32,000 nucleotides of DNA, from assembly GCA_021498095.1 (NCBI GenBank), contig JAIZWK010000001.1, positions 210,001 through 242,000 on the forward strand, written 5' to 3'. Both the position numbers and the translations under genes were made by a program. Under the pieces are notes generated by a model. It did not search any database and had not been told where the DNA came from. It saw nothing but the letters and a program-made list of their open reading frames with translations. Source of the stretch: Candidatus Harpocratesius repetitus. Lineage in GTDB: Archaea; Asgardarchaeota; Lokiarchaeia; Sigyniarchaeales; Promethearchaeaceae. Shown piece after piece: positions 1 through 10,393 of the stretch (its first letter is position 1; each line of letters starts with the position of its first letter).

Positions 1-1282
1 CTTTTTGAATTTTAATTTTTCTTATGTATTCATTTCCGAATGATTCAGAAGCTCCTACTAATATCTGATAAGTATCAATAATATCCCAAGAATTAGTATA
101 ATCAGGAACTTTACTTGCTTTTTGAAGAATTCCCTTAACTTCTATAATATCGCCTACTCGGTAAAATCCTATAAATTCATGCTCATAAACCATTAAACGT
201 TTTACTTGTTTTGCAATTTTTTCTAGATTTGGGGAAGTGTGAAGTACTTTCTTAACTTCTACAGAAAAAAGACCGGGATAATCAAAACCCCATTCATCTG
301 ATTCAACCTTAAGCTGAATTCTACACATTCCAAGTGATTTAAAGTGCGAAGAAGGAAGAAATAAAGGACATTTTGGCAGATTCTGAAGGCTGGGAGCAAA
401 TGTAATTGAAATTTTTCTATCTCGATAAAAAAATAGATATGGTTTATATAATATTTGTTCAAAGCATTCTTCCATGGAGAGTCCAGATTTCAAACTTAAT
501 TTTTGCGCGATTGGAAGGATTTCCATTTTATTATATCTTCTAAGATATGAATGTTCAATTTTTTGAGCATTTTGATCATTTCCATCTAAAGAAGAATATT
601 CTTGATATGAAAAATCGAGGATCTTTCGACTATTTTCATGACCATAAATCATCAAATCTATATCTGATTCAGAATGATGTCCTTTCCATAATAGAGAACC
701 TGTCACCCCTATATTAGAAAGCGAAATATTAAAAATATCGCTGATACAGATTGATACTTCAATACATTCCCGTTCTAAAGAATCGAATGTTCGTAATTTT
801 TCTAATTGTTCCGATAATCTTCCTTCAAACCAATCTGTCAATTCATGTAAACGTTGATTTGGAATCCAATGTATAGTAATATCCTTTTTAGGAACCATAA
901 TCATATTTCTTTGAAATATGGTTGAAAATGAAGCATATCTATTTTCAGCAATATTATTTTTTGCAGAAATGGATGAATAATTTGGAAGTATACGATAAAA
1001 TTGATCTCCAGTATCCTTTTGAATCCAGATACGAAATTTGTGAGGTGATACTTCTTCAAGTGGATTAATTGGAATAGAAACATTCTGTTGGATTTTTATT
1101 AAATCAAATTCTGATAATCCTTCATTTTTTTTTGATGGATTAGTTAAAAACTCTGATTTTTCCAGACGATGATATTTCTCAAGAGCAAAAACACGATCTG
1201 ACAGATGAATTGAACCAAGAACTTGATAAAGATCCCCATGAACATCTTGAAAATAATCCCGATCTCGAAATATCATCTTCAT
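1..1282 (-). CDS. Archaeal predicted nucleotidyltransferase (COG1665-like, Pol-beta superfamily) with C-terminal OB-like region; runs off the left edge of the window
   Basis: Not in the ORF track. I translated it manually as one open frame from ATG at 1282 (MKMIFRDRDYFQDVHGDLYQVLG...) to position 1 with no stop. It carries the NTase motif GVTGSLLWKGHHSESDIDLMIYG (GS...DxD) and a C-terminal GDIIEVKG...YQILVG...GNEYI segment typical of this family. Confidence 0.8.
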   Translation of the reverse strand, partial: MKMIFRDRDYFQDVHGDLYQVLGSIHLSDRVFALEKYHRLEKSEFLTNPSKKNEGLSEFDLIKIQQNVSIPINPLEEVSPHKFRIWIQKDTGDQFYRILPNYSSISAKNNIAENRYASFSTIFQRNMIMVPKKDITIHWIPNQRLHELTDWFEGRLSEQLEKLRTFDSLERECIEVSICISDIFNISLSNIGVTGSLLWKGHHSESDIDLMIYGHENSRKILDFSYQEYSSLDGNDQNAQKIEHSYLRRYNKMEILPIAQKLSLKSGLSMEECFEQILYKPYLFFYRDRKISITFAPSLQNLPKCPLFLPSSHFKSLGMCRIQLKVESDEWGFDYPGLFSVEVKKVLHTSPNLEKIAKQVKRLMVYEHEFIGFYRVGDIIEVKGILQKASKVPDYTNSWDIIDTYQILVGASESFGNEYIRKIKIQK

Positions 1283-1607
1283 CGCTGCTATTTATTCTGA
1301 ATATCTATTTGTTATTTTTTAAAAAATGTTTTTATTACTCTTATTGTCATTCTTGCTGATATCACAAAAATCTTGGTATGTTCTTTTTATAATTTAGTTA
1401 TTCATCACCATATTGCTCTATAATAAATAAATAATACTTCATTCCTTCAACTGTGAAGATCATAGTATTTTCGTCCTAATTCATTGAATGATATTTCATA
1501 ATAACTTAAAAAAATATCTTAAAATAAATTCTTAGAGTTATTTTCAGCAAAAAATCTAAGATAATTAGTGTTATTTAATTATAAATAAGATAAAAAAAAG
1601 ATTTTTG

Positions 1608-2999
1608 TTATAAATTAGAAAGATTGATAATTATTTTGTCAATTTCATCATGGAGCTTCTCAAATAAAGTAGACGGCAAGCGCATTCCACCAGCTAACCC
1701 ATGTCCACCACCATTTCCTCCTAATTTTTGAGTGATTTTTCGAATCACATGGACTGCACCCTTATTATCGTGTTGCTTCATGAATTCAGGAGTGCACCGA
1801 ACTGAAAGTTTGTATTCTCCTGTATCAGTCAAACCACCAATAAAAAGCATTTTGGAACTGTCATAGATATGATTTACAGAAGCAAAACTGCCTGTATCAC
1901 TCCATTGATTGATTGGTACTTGATTAGTCAGATCAACAAAAATTGCGTAATTTGTAATAATTTTCGGAATTTGAACAAATGCTGTTAAATTATGAACCAG
2001 AGATCCAATATAATTATTATATTCTTGCTTGGCACCTTGAGTTATTTGAGGTTTTCCAACCATTAAGCGCGCACTTTCTGGATGCTCATGACCTAAAATA
2101 GATAGAAGTTGTGCATGTTCAAATGAGTGATGTAATATCCCTTTCTTGGTTGGATATATTAAAAAATCGCCAATTATCTTAATATCCGAAAAATTGCCAG
2201 CTAAAATTTCAACATCTTGCTCAGAACAATCTTCTACCTTTTTACTTGGATCAATAGAAAGATTCTGTAATATCTGCTTGGCTTTTTTTCGAGATCCTTC
2301 CACTGCAGGCAAATATGGAAAGATTGAAAAAGCCATTGCACTATCTAAACGAAGATGCTGCCCTCCATAAAGACAAATTCCTTTTTTAATCTGGACTTGT
2401 TCTAAATCTAAAGCTCTTTCAATAACAATTCGATTATAAGATTGATAATCGTCAATATGTGCCAAAGTATCACCTGCAATACCAATAGTGGCAATCCAAG
2501 CGTATTTTGACATTGATTCATCCACAGCAACGGAAAACAGATAATTCAATGCAGAACCAACAATTTCTTTAAGACCATGAAGACCAAAAAGTGTAGGATT
2601 TGCATTATAGACATTCTTTGGAGGTGTTATTTTTTGAGGCCATGCAAATCTGTGATGATCTAAAATGTAAAAATCAGCTTTTTGAAATTTAATGGCATAC
2701 TGATAAAGTAATTCTCCAGAAGGACAGAGATCTGAGAAAATGACAGCAGTTTTTTCATCAGATATAAGGTTAATTTGAGAAAGATAAATCTCCCATGGAT
2801 GAGTTAAATTAATGCATGTTGATTTGAATGGTTTGCGCAATTTTGATAAAAGTTTCTCAATTATTAATCCAGAACATATTCCATCTGCATCAGAATGATA
2901 GAGGAGGTGAATTTTATCATATTTTTCAATATTTTCTAAGAATTCTAATGCAATAGTTTCAAGATTGGTGTCAAAGTTTGATTTATTCATTGTGATCAA
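1608..2999 (-). CDS. DHH-family phosphoesterase, archaeal RecJ/Cdc45(GAN)-like, with DHHA1 domain
   Basis: Motifs HSDADG, FSDL, ILDHH, GIAGD and C-terminal GGGHGLAGG are present, plus a central SIFPYLPAVEG...ILQNLSID insert as in archaeal RecJ-like proteins. The start is probably ATG at 2990. Confidence 0.85.
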   Translation of the reverse strand: MITMNKSNFDTNLETIALEFLENIEKYDKIHLLYHSDADGICSGLIIEKLLSKLRKPFKSTCINLTHPWEIYLSQINLISDEKTAVIFSDLCPSGELLYQYAIKFQKADFYILDHHRFAWPQKITPPKNVYNANPTLFGLHGLKEIVGSALNYLFSVAVDESMSKYAWIATIGIAGDTLAHIDDYQSYNRIVIERALDLEQVQIKKGICLYGGQHLRLDSAMAFSIFPYLPAVEGSRKKAKQILQNLSIDPSKKVEDCSEQDVEILAGNFSDIKIIGDFLIYPTKKGILHHSFEHAQLLSILGHEHPESARLMVGKPQITQGAKQEYNNYIGSLVHNLTAFVQIPKIITNYAIFVDLTNQVPINQWSDTGSFASVNHIYDSSKMLFIGGLTDTGEYKLSVRCTPEFMKQHDNKGAVHVIRKITQKLGGNGGGHGLAGGMRLPSTLFEKLHDEIDKIIINLSNL

Positions 3000-3164
3000 G
3001 CTGAAGTTAAATTTTTTCTTCTTTTTATAAAATTAACAAGAGTAATTAAGATTCATCAATGCTTTACCTATTTAATATATGAACCATATTATTTTTTTTA
3101 AAGTTAAAATTTTTGAGTACAATTGCATAAAATGAATTGCGATAAAATCAATCAATGATGAGTT

Positions 3165-4955
3165 ATGAAGAAATATACCAAATCACTCTTTTCTCTTTCA
3201 GTTTCTTTACTGTTTGCATTTTCCTTAATCACCCAAGCATTAATACTTGATCTGCACTCACAGACAAACCCCACAGCCTCAGTAATGATGGCAGGGGATC
3301 CATTCAATGCATCTTATTATAATGAATCAAATTCTTCGCACCCAATTCAACCTGTTGAATTAAAAGAAGACCAAATGAACGATTTAGGTCAAATTGAGAT
3401 ATATGGTTTTTCCGTACGTGAGGAACTTCGACCAACTGCATTTTTCAGGGAGGATATACAAAATATTCACTATGATCATGACGTTGAAACTGTAAATCCT
3501 AAATTCGATTCAACTACTCGAGTTGCAAGCGCAGTTCATGCTTCTGGAAATACAGATAGTAGAAATAGTTCTGTGGAAATACTATTAAATGAAACAGTAA
3601 AATGGACATATACAGAAAATACTACATCTTTTGTTGTCGGATTTGCACCTTACGTGCAACCTGCTACATTTTTCGCCATGTATTTGAACGGAACTAAATT
3701 AGATTCGACAAACTACAGCGTTGAAGAGCAATTCTTAGATGGTATTTACTACAACTGGTTTTATTATAATTTTACCACTTTATTTAATGCCTATTCCTCA
3801 GCTGAATTTTTAATTAAATATCAATATACAGTTGAAATTCCAATATCAAATTGGAAAGTAATTAATCAACCAATTTTACCGGATGAAAATGAAGAATCAA
3901 GTGAATACCAAAATCCTTTCCAATATATCACTGGAATAAAGAACAATGTTACAATGCCTTATGTATATAATGTTACTTTTGGAAGAGAAGGTTGGTTATT
4001 TAATGTTACCGCCAAATTCTTAATAACACTTCCAGATCCTGATGATATTTTTGCTGCTGAATTAAAAAGTTATTCCAATCAAGTTATTGATGAATTACCT
4101 TATACTTTAGAGAATAATAGCATAAAACTGAATATTTGGACATTTCTAGATCAACGAGAAACACTAAGTACAGAATTTAAAGCTAATTTTACTGTTGAAA
4201 TTTTGGAAAGTATCGATGGAGAACAATTCTGGTGCGAAGATCGGTTAGTGGATGGTACTCGTAACCGAGAACGAGATTATAAATTGACTGTTTCTGAAGG
4301 CCCTGCAGATTTAATGGTAGCTATGTTTGGAATAAATGATACAAGTATCTATTTTGATGATTTAAATGAAGATCGAAACGATCGAATAGAAAGTGCTCTT
4401 AATCGTGAAGTAGTAATAATAGATATGAATCGCTCTGAAGGACAACCTTCTGGAACAATCATTTCTGGAAATCAAACTTTGGAGTATGTTGATGGAATTT
4501 CAATGCTAATTTCAGGAGAATCATATTTAACACCATATGCTTTGTTCAAAGGTGAAGTGGATATTATCACAGTAAAATATCGTGCAACGAGGAATCTAAA
4601 TTTAATTATAACAGATAATACAAAGACACCTGTTGCTGGCATAAAAGTGGATATTTATTTTGCTAGTCAACCATTTGGATCAAAAATTAGTCTATATGAC
4701 AGTCTTCCTTATCCTGTTAAAACTTCTGACAATGAAGGTAGAATTGTTATTTATGGGGTTCCAATTGGAGATTATACTATAGAAATACTCGATAATTCAG
4801 GACAACACCTCCAAAATCTTACGGCTTCTTCATTAATTGATGAAAATTTAATAATTACTAATATTCCTCACTTTCCTTTAGTAATTATTATTTTTGGAGT
4901 AATTAGTGCAGTATTTATTGTAACTGGTTTAATAATCTACAAGAAGAATCAATAA
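3165..4955 (+). CDS. Secreted, C-terminally membrane-anchored surface glycoprotein with a carboxypeptidase-regulatory-like beta domain near the C-terminus
   Basis: N-terminal basic plus hydrophobic signal, many N-x-S/T sequons, a TPVAGIKVDIY...TSDNEGRIVIYGVPIGDYTIEI segment, and a C-terminal NIPHF + TM + KKNQ. Confidence 0.7.
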   Translation: MKKYTKSLFSLSVSLLFAFSLITQALILDLHSQTNPTASVMMAGDPFNASYYNESNSSHPIQPVELKEDQMNDLGQIEIYGFSVREELRPTAFFREDIQNIHYDHDVETVNPKFDSTTRVASAVHASGNTDSRNSSVEILLNETVKWTYTENTTSFVVGFAPYVQPATFFAMYLNGTKLDSTNYSVEEQFLDGIYYNWFYYNFTTLFNAYSSAEFLIKYQYTVEIPISNWKVINQPILPDENEESSEYQNPFQYITGIKNNVTMPYVYNVTFGREGWLFNVTAKFLITLPDPDDIFAAELKSYSNQVIDELPYTLENNSIKLNIWTFLDQRETLSTEFKANFTVEILESIDGEQFWCEDRLVDGTRNRERDYKLTVSEGPADLMVAMFGINDTSIYFDDLNEDRNDRIESALNREVVIIDMNRSEGQPSGTIISGNQTLEYVDGISMLISGESYLTPYALFKGEVDIITVKYRATRNLNLIITDNTKTPVAGIKVDIYFASQPFGSKISLYDSLPYPVKTSDNEGRIVIYGVPIGDYTIEILDNSGQHLQNLTASSLIDENLIITNIPHFPLVIIIFGVISAVFIVTGLIIYKKNQ

Positions 4956-5225
4956 ACATAAAATTAGCATCAACATTCAATTCAAGATCATTCACAAATT
5001 TTTTTCTAATATAATCTTTATTTCTATTTTTTTTCTACTTCTATTCATTCTTTATTTCTGTTATTATTTCAACATTTATTCCATCTTTAGTACCATCTAA
5101 TTTTCACCCATATCTAATTACGCTATTTCTTATTAGCTTCGCTTCTTTTTTGCAAAAGGAGTATTTTTATTTTGAAAAATCGTACTAGCATCATAGAAGA
5201 AAATAGAAGGAAATGATCATTTTCC

Positions 5226-5549
5226 ATGATAATTTTTCAATATGATGTATTGGAACAATTTTTAAATAAATTACCCCGTAATATCTCGACTGAAGTATTT
5301 GTTCAATATTTAGAGCCGAATCATTCAATGTCAATGCCTGAAAGCGACACTCATCAAATTATTTTACAGTTTTTAGGCCATCCTGATGATAACAATCCGC
5401 ATTTAAATGTTCTGCATCAATGTGTAATTGAACTAAAATCTAAGAAAGAACGGGAAGAAATCATAAAAAAAATCGAAAGTGCTTTTGATACTCTGAAGAA
5501 TTATAAAATTGTCAGGGGAAAAATCTCAGAAGTGGTTCACTCTTACTAA
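5226..5549 (+). CDS. Hypothetical protein (107 aa)
   Basis: Standalone ORF with protein-like composition filling a gap between real genes; no family recognised. Confidence 0.6.
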   Translation: MIIFQYDVLEQFLNKLPRNISTEVFVQYLEPNHSMSMPESDTHQIILQFLGHPDDNNPHLNVLHQCVIELKSKKEREEIIKKIESAFDTLKNYKIVRGKISEVVHSY

Positions 5550-5659
5550 ATTTGCCCGATTCTTCCCTATCAATATCATTTTTATCAAAATAAAAAGATC
5601 GAGAAATATTTCAAACATTTTATTAATGATCTGTTTTTTCAAAGAGTATTTAATCAAGA

Positions 5660-5998
5660 TTATGATGATTGATTCCATTCCTTTTTATCATCAGGAATAT
5701 ACTGCTCTTTAATAAATATCAATTTAGCAACTTGATTGGTTTTATTCTTTAATCCATGTGGTTCATTTGGATTCAGACGAATCGCAGTTCCTTTGGGGAT
5801 GTCGATTTCTTCATCCTTCAATACAAATGTGATGGTTCCCTCGATTGTATAAAAGGTTTCAGCCAATTTTTCATGATAATGAGCACTTTTTGTTTCTCCA
5901 GGATTTAAAGTAATCGTTCCCCAATCAATTGTGGGACCACGAATCATGTAGCGTACCCCACCTTTATTCAGCTGTTCTTGTTCATGAACAATTTGCAT
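5660..5998 (-). CDS. Cupin-domain protein
   Basis: Cupin motifs HYHEKLAETFYTIEG and GTAIRLNPNEPHGLKN. Confidence 0.9.
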   Translation of the reverse strand: MQIVHEQEQLNKGGVRYMIRGPTIDWGTITLNPGETKSAHYHEKLAETFYTIEGTITFVLKDEEIDIPKGTAIRLNPNEPHGLKNKTNQVAKLIFIKEQYIPDDKKEWNQSS

Positions 5999-6110
5999 TC
6001 ATTTTCCTCCTATTTCGATTATTTTCTTTTGTTTTATTGCTTTTCATACTTATTATATTTGAGTTATTATAAAAAAAATAAAATCATTACTTAAATTCAT
6101 GTATATATGA

Positions 6111-7541
6111 TTACCACGCATTTTCTAATAAATGACCAATTTCTTCTGCAGTAGGTTTTCTTGGATTCGAATTTACCGAACCACCTTTGGTATTCTCCAC
6201 AATCCAATTAAAATCGTCCTTCAAAATTCCTAAATCACGTAGTCTAATTGGGATCTGAACTTGTGCAAAAAGTTCTTTGATCATTCCTGCCAATCGGCGC
6301 GCATTTTCAAAATCACTGCAACTGGCTTCATATTTTGTAAATAGATCCAATTGATTTATCACTTGTGCAATTTTAACATATTTTATTGGGTTCTTTTCTG
6401 CATTGTATTCAATCACGTAAGGTAGCAATGCTGCACATATCTTTCCATGAGAAATTTGATATTTATAACCAATTGGGTGGGCTAATCCATGAACTAAGCC
6501 CAATCCAACATTAGAAAATGCCACACCTGCAAAAAATGAGCCCAACATCATTTCAGCACGCGCCGCATAATCTTGCCCATTTTCCACTACTCTGCGTAAA
6601 TTCGGTGCGATGAGCATAATTGCTTGCATGGCATAAATGTCGGCAATTGGATGGCTTCTCTTAGAAACATAAGCTTCAATTGCTTGCACTAAAGCATCAG
6701 CTCCACTTGCAGCTGACACTTCTGGAGGACATGATAAGGTTAATTCAGGATCAAGCAGGATATATTTTGAAACAATTTGATTCCCTCTAATACTACGCTT
6801 AAACCCACGTAAAGGATCAATTAAGACAGAATTATTTGTTATCTCAGAACCGGTTCCTGCTGTTGTGGGAATTGCAATAAAAGGAAGTCCAGGAACTTCA
6901 AAGGGTTTTCCATCATGATAATCCTCAACTAAACCTCCATTTGTTGCAATACCTGCAATTGCTTTGGCTACATCCAAAACTGATCCTCCACCTAATCCAA
7001 CAATGTAGTGGGGCTTGTTTTCTAATGCTAATTTTACTCCTTTATTAACCATATCAACTGTTGGTTCACCCTTTCCAATACTATAAACAAAAGTTTCAAT
7101 TGCATTATTTTTACATGAATCAATTATCTGATCAAGGGCTCCATTTTCCTTTACAGATGAATTTCCAACAACAATCATGGTCTTTGGTTGAGAAATTTCT
7201 GCTTTTTTAATATATGGTAACATTGGATCAAGCAATTCAAAAATAGCTTGAGGTACCTCTTTAGAAATTCCCTTACCAAATCGTATTTTAGGTGCTGGAA
7301 AAGAGAACTTAACATCCTTCCATTTAGTATGGACAATTAATGGTTTTCCAATAAATCCCGAAAGTAAATCGATGGGTTTCTCTTCATCAATGAATTCCTT
7401 AGATTTCCCTTTTTCAGAATGATTTCCCTTAGATTGTTTTTCTCCAATAATCTTTTCAGATTCTGGAGAAGAATCTTGATCAGTTGCCCCTTCTTCTTCT
7501 TTTCTTAAAGATTCGGAAGGAGTTTTTTCATCAGAATCCAT
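6111..7541 (-). CDS. Iron-containing alcohol dehydrogenase family protein with an acidic N-terminal extension
   Basis: GLGGGSVLDVAKA, IPTTAGTGSEIT, LDPELT, DALVQAIEAY, HGLAH and SHG motifs. Confidence 0.92.
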   Translation of the reverse strand: MDSDEKTPSESLRKEEEGATDQDSSPESEKIIGEKQSKGNHSEKGKSKEFIDEEKPIDLLSGFIGKPLIVHTKWKDVKFSFPAPKIRFGKGISKEVPQAIFELLDPMLPYIKKAEISQPKTMIVVGNSSVKENGALDQIIDSCKNNAIETFVYSIGKGEPTVDMVNKGVKLALENKPHYIVGLGGGSVLDVAKAIAGIATNGGLVEDYHDGKPFEVPGLPFIAIPTTAGTGSEITNNSVLIDPLRGFKRSIRGNQIVSKYILLDPELTLSCPPEVSAASGADALVQAIEAYVSKRSHPIADIYAMQAIMLIAPNLRRVVENGQDYAARAEMMLGSFFAGVAFSNVGLGLVHGLAHPIGYKYQISHGKICAALLPYVIEYNAEKNPIKYVKIAQVINQLDLFTKYEASCSDFENARRLAGMIKELFAQVQIPIRLRDLGILKDDFNWIVENTKGGSVNSNPRKPTAEEIGHLLENAW

Positions 7542-7566
7542 CTCATTACTTAATACACTGAGATGG
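7538..7566. promoter_or_regulatory. 8-bp inverted repeat (CCATCTCA-N13-TGAGATGG) overlapping the ADH start codon
   Basis: Read directly from the sequence; the start codon (7539-7541) lies within one arm. Confidence 0.3.
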
Positions 7567-7794
7567 CTTTTATTTATTACGGGATCTAATACATTTTCGC
7601 AGAAGAAATATCAGAAAATGTCTTCATTTAAAATCCTTTATCTAAGATATATTTAAAATAAAACACATTGATGAATTTTGTTAATTCTTAATTATCATTA
7701 AAGATAAAAGTAAGAACCCATATAATATATAGTCTATAATTTAACTTCATTTACATTTGCAAAATTTTAATAAAATCTATAATAAGAATTTTCT

Positions 7795-9405
7795 TTACCA
7801 ATAATAAAAGAAATGCTTCTGAACAAGCTTTTTCGTAGGATAAAACACAGTTTGATCAGTTATCTCCTGATGCAATGCTTCTTCAAAAAAATCACCGAAT
7901 TCTTTTAGAAATTCTTGCATCTTTTGACGAATTTTAGACAATTCAAGCTGTGTAAACACTACCATTAACACGTTTTGATATTCTTCAATTAAAATGCTCA
8001 TTTCTTCACGTTTAATAACTTTTAAAGACTTTCGGGAATTTACAATTTCATCTAAAATAGAAGAAACAGTCACTAAAGTCCCACTGAGAAGTTCTTCCTT
8101 TGTTTCAGAGATTGAATTTTCATGTTCTTGGTCTTTCGTACTTGAATTAGGAATTTGGCGTATATTTTGGGAATATATTGGAATCCCAGATTTATATAAT
8201 ATAGAAATACGCTGAATTGCATCCTTCCATTCTAATTCTTCCTTTTTTGGCAATGTCTCCTCAATTTGGCTGGTAGTTATTGTAGCCAGTAAAAAAAGAA
8301 AGAGTAACACGACTGTTAAATAAATCGGGTCTGATAAATATAGAGATTCTAATACAAAACCCAATAGAATACCACCTAACATTCCTATCGCCGAAAAAAT
8401 GTAATATACCATCATATAAGCTCGAATATAGCGCTTGTCAGTAAATTCTAAAAAGATTAAAGAATTGCTGGTTAAAAAGAACGTTGTTCCAACACCTAAA
8501 ATCATGGGAAAAATTATTCCTAATATTGAGTCTCTAATTGAAATTATTAAGGCAAAAAAGGCAAAGGAAAGAACGCCAATTCCAAATAGCATTACCTTCT
8601 TTCGCCCCCAAACATCAAGTAAAATTCCATTTAAAATTGATCCGATTGCAATTACAAAAAAGAAAATCAAATAAAATTGAGGTAAACTCCACTCAAAGCC
8701 TCCATGGATAATTAAATTTATTGCGGCATAAAACGGATTGGTTAAAAAGAAACCCCAAAAGAACGCCATTAAAAGTTTACTCCCAGATTGAGGTTGAACT
8801 GAAAATAATTTTGTTTTAAATGGTTGTTGTTTAGGAAATTCATTATGTCCACGGCTGCTTAAACCCATGGTAATTATTCCTATAATGTTCAAAACAAGTA
8901 AAATGATAAGTATGATTGGTGATTTCAAAAAAATTACTATTCCAAAGACTAAAATAATAAAATTCATTGCCATATATCCCAATCCATTTACACGCCCATT
9001 ATATTTTGGATCAGGAAAAGCAGGAGACAATTGAGTGAACATAACTCCGAAAAAACTGCTTCCAGTTAAACCTATTCCGCCTAAACATATTAAAATCAGC
9101 CAAGAACTATTGGTCAATTGAAGAGCAATTTGAAGGGTTATCTGAAAAATTCCAAACAGTGCAATTGAAATAAAAAACATCAAATAATGTGGTATTTTTT
9201 GAAAAATTGTCAGTGCAAATACTCCACCAATAATACACCCCAAATAGGATATTGCAACGCTCCAAAGGGGAAGTTCACTGTTAATAACTGCCATAAATTC
9301 AAAAATAAAATGACTTCCCCAAAGAATAGTTGCAGCTAGAAAACATGAAATTATCGAAAACCAACCTTTACGGGTGAAAATATCTTTTGGGGGAATTATG
9401 CGCAT
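7795..9405 (-). CDS. MFS transporter fused to a C-terminal longin-like cytoplasmic domain
   Basis: About 12 hydrophobic segments and MFS motif A (GILLDVWGRKK). The ~150-aa soluble tail ISILYKSGIPIY...LLSG...ILDEI...LKVIK...SILIE...RQKMQEFLKEF follows the longin beta-beta-alpha-beta-beta-beta-alpha-alpha pattern. Confidence 0.75.
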   Translation of the reverse strand: MRIIPPKDIFTRKGWFSIISCFLAATILWGSHFIFEFMAVINSELPLWSVAISYLGCIIGGVFALTIFQKIPHYLMFFISIALFGIFQITLQIALQLTNSSWLILICLGGIGLTGSSFFGVMFTQLSPAFPDPKYNGRVNGLGYMAMNFIILVFGIVIFLKSPIILIILLVLNIIGIITMGLSSRGHNEFPKQQPFKTKLFSVQPQSGSKLLMAFFWGFFLTNPFYAAINLIIHGGFEWSLPQFYLIFFFVIAIGSILNGILLDVWGRKKVMLFGIGVLSFAFFALIISIRDSILGIIFPMILGVGTTFFLTSNSLIFLEFTDKRYIRAYMMVYYIFSAIGMLGGILLGFVLESLYLSDPIYLTVVLLFLFLLATITTSQIEETLPKKEELEWKDAIQRISILYKSGIPIYSQNIRQIPNSSTKDQEHENSISETKEELLSGTLVTVSSILDEIVNSRKSLKVIKREEMSILIEEYQNVLMVVFTQLELSKIRQKMQEFLKEFGDFFEEALHQEITDQTVFYPTKKLVQKHFFYYW

Positions 9406-9536
9406 ACTTAAAAAATTATTAGATCAAAGATTAAAATATTTTCGCTAATTTGAAAGGATGCCTTTTGTGCTTTTTTTTCTTAAAAATATTCTTTAAATTT
9501 AGTGAAGTAATTCTAAATTATTGAAGGAAAATATTC

Positions 9537-10349
9537 ATGCTCACAGAAAATCCAAATGAAAATTCAAAGAGAGAAACTTCAGAAAAAATAAAAAATTGTC
9601 ACAACACTCTTTTAACCAAAGCTGCAAGATGGTTACTTAACGCATCTGAGGCTTCTGCTTTTACCGGAGCAGGCATTTCAGTTGAAAGTGGAATCCCACC
9701 GTTCAGAGGACCAACAGGAATCTGGAGTAAATTTGATCCATCCATTCTGGATATCAATAGGTATTTTAGAGAACCTGAAAATGTATGGCCAGTTATAAAA
9801 AAAATATTTTATGATCACTGGGGAAAAGCAGAACCAAATCAAGCTCATTATAATTTAGCAAAAATGCAAGAAATGGGAATTATTAAAGACATAATCACAC
9901 AAAATATAGATAATCTTCATCAAAAAGCAGGTAGCAAAAATGTTTGGGAATTTCATGGAACCTTAACTAGTTTTACATGCCAAACATGTCACTTTCATAA
10001 AGAATGGAATCAAGAATTGTTATACGACAAACCGCCAATCTGTCCATCCTGTAACTCCATATTGAAACCTGATTTCGTTTTTTTCGGTGAAGGAATCCCT
10101 CCAGTTGCTTTAAAAGAATCATTACGAGTAGCGGAACAAGCGGATATTCTTCTAATTATTGGCACAACTGGAGAAATAATGCCTGCAAGCCAAATTCCAT
10201 TTTTAGCTAAAAAAAATGGGGCAAAAATAATAGAGATTAACATTAATCCTTCTAATTATACAAATCTAATTACAGATGTCTTTCTTCAAGGAAAAGCAAG
10301 CGAAATTATGACAAAACTCGTCGAACTTATGCTAAAATTAAAGCAATAA
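9537..10349 (+). CDS. cobB: NAD-dependent protein deacylase, sirtuin (CobB/Sir2) family
   Basis: GAGISVESGIPPFRG, TQNIDNLH, catalytic HG, Zn ribbon CQTC...CPSC, KPDFVFFGE and GTTGEIMPA motifs. Confidence 0.93.
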   Translation: MLTENPNENSKRETSEKIKNCHNTLLTKAARWLLNASEASAFTGAGISVESGIPPFRGPTGIWSKFDPSILDINRYFREPENVWPVIKKIFYDHWGKAEPNQAHYNLAKMQEMGIIKDIITQNIDNLHQKAGSKNVWEFHGTLTSFTCQTCHFHKEWNQELLYDKPPICPSCNSILKPDFVFFGEGIPPVALKESLRVAEQADILLIIGTTGEIMPASQIPFLAKKNGAKIIEININPSNYTNLITDVFLQGKASEIMTKLVELMLKLKQ

Positions 10350-10393
10350 AGTAAAAGAAAAGAGATGTAGATAAAATATCAAAAAAAAATGGA

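Noticed and set aside
259-1083. Track ORFs 259..462 and 901..1083 (minus)
   Set aside because: They are alternative-frame fragments inside the real nucleotidyltransferase gene (1282..<1).
9537-10349. Sirtuin as an anti-phage SIR2 NADase (Thoeris/DSR type)
   Set aside because: It has the Zn ribbon, catalytic His and size of a housekeeping CobB-type deacylase, with no fused defence domains.
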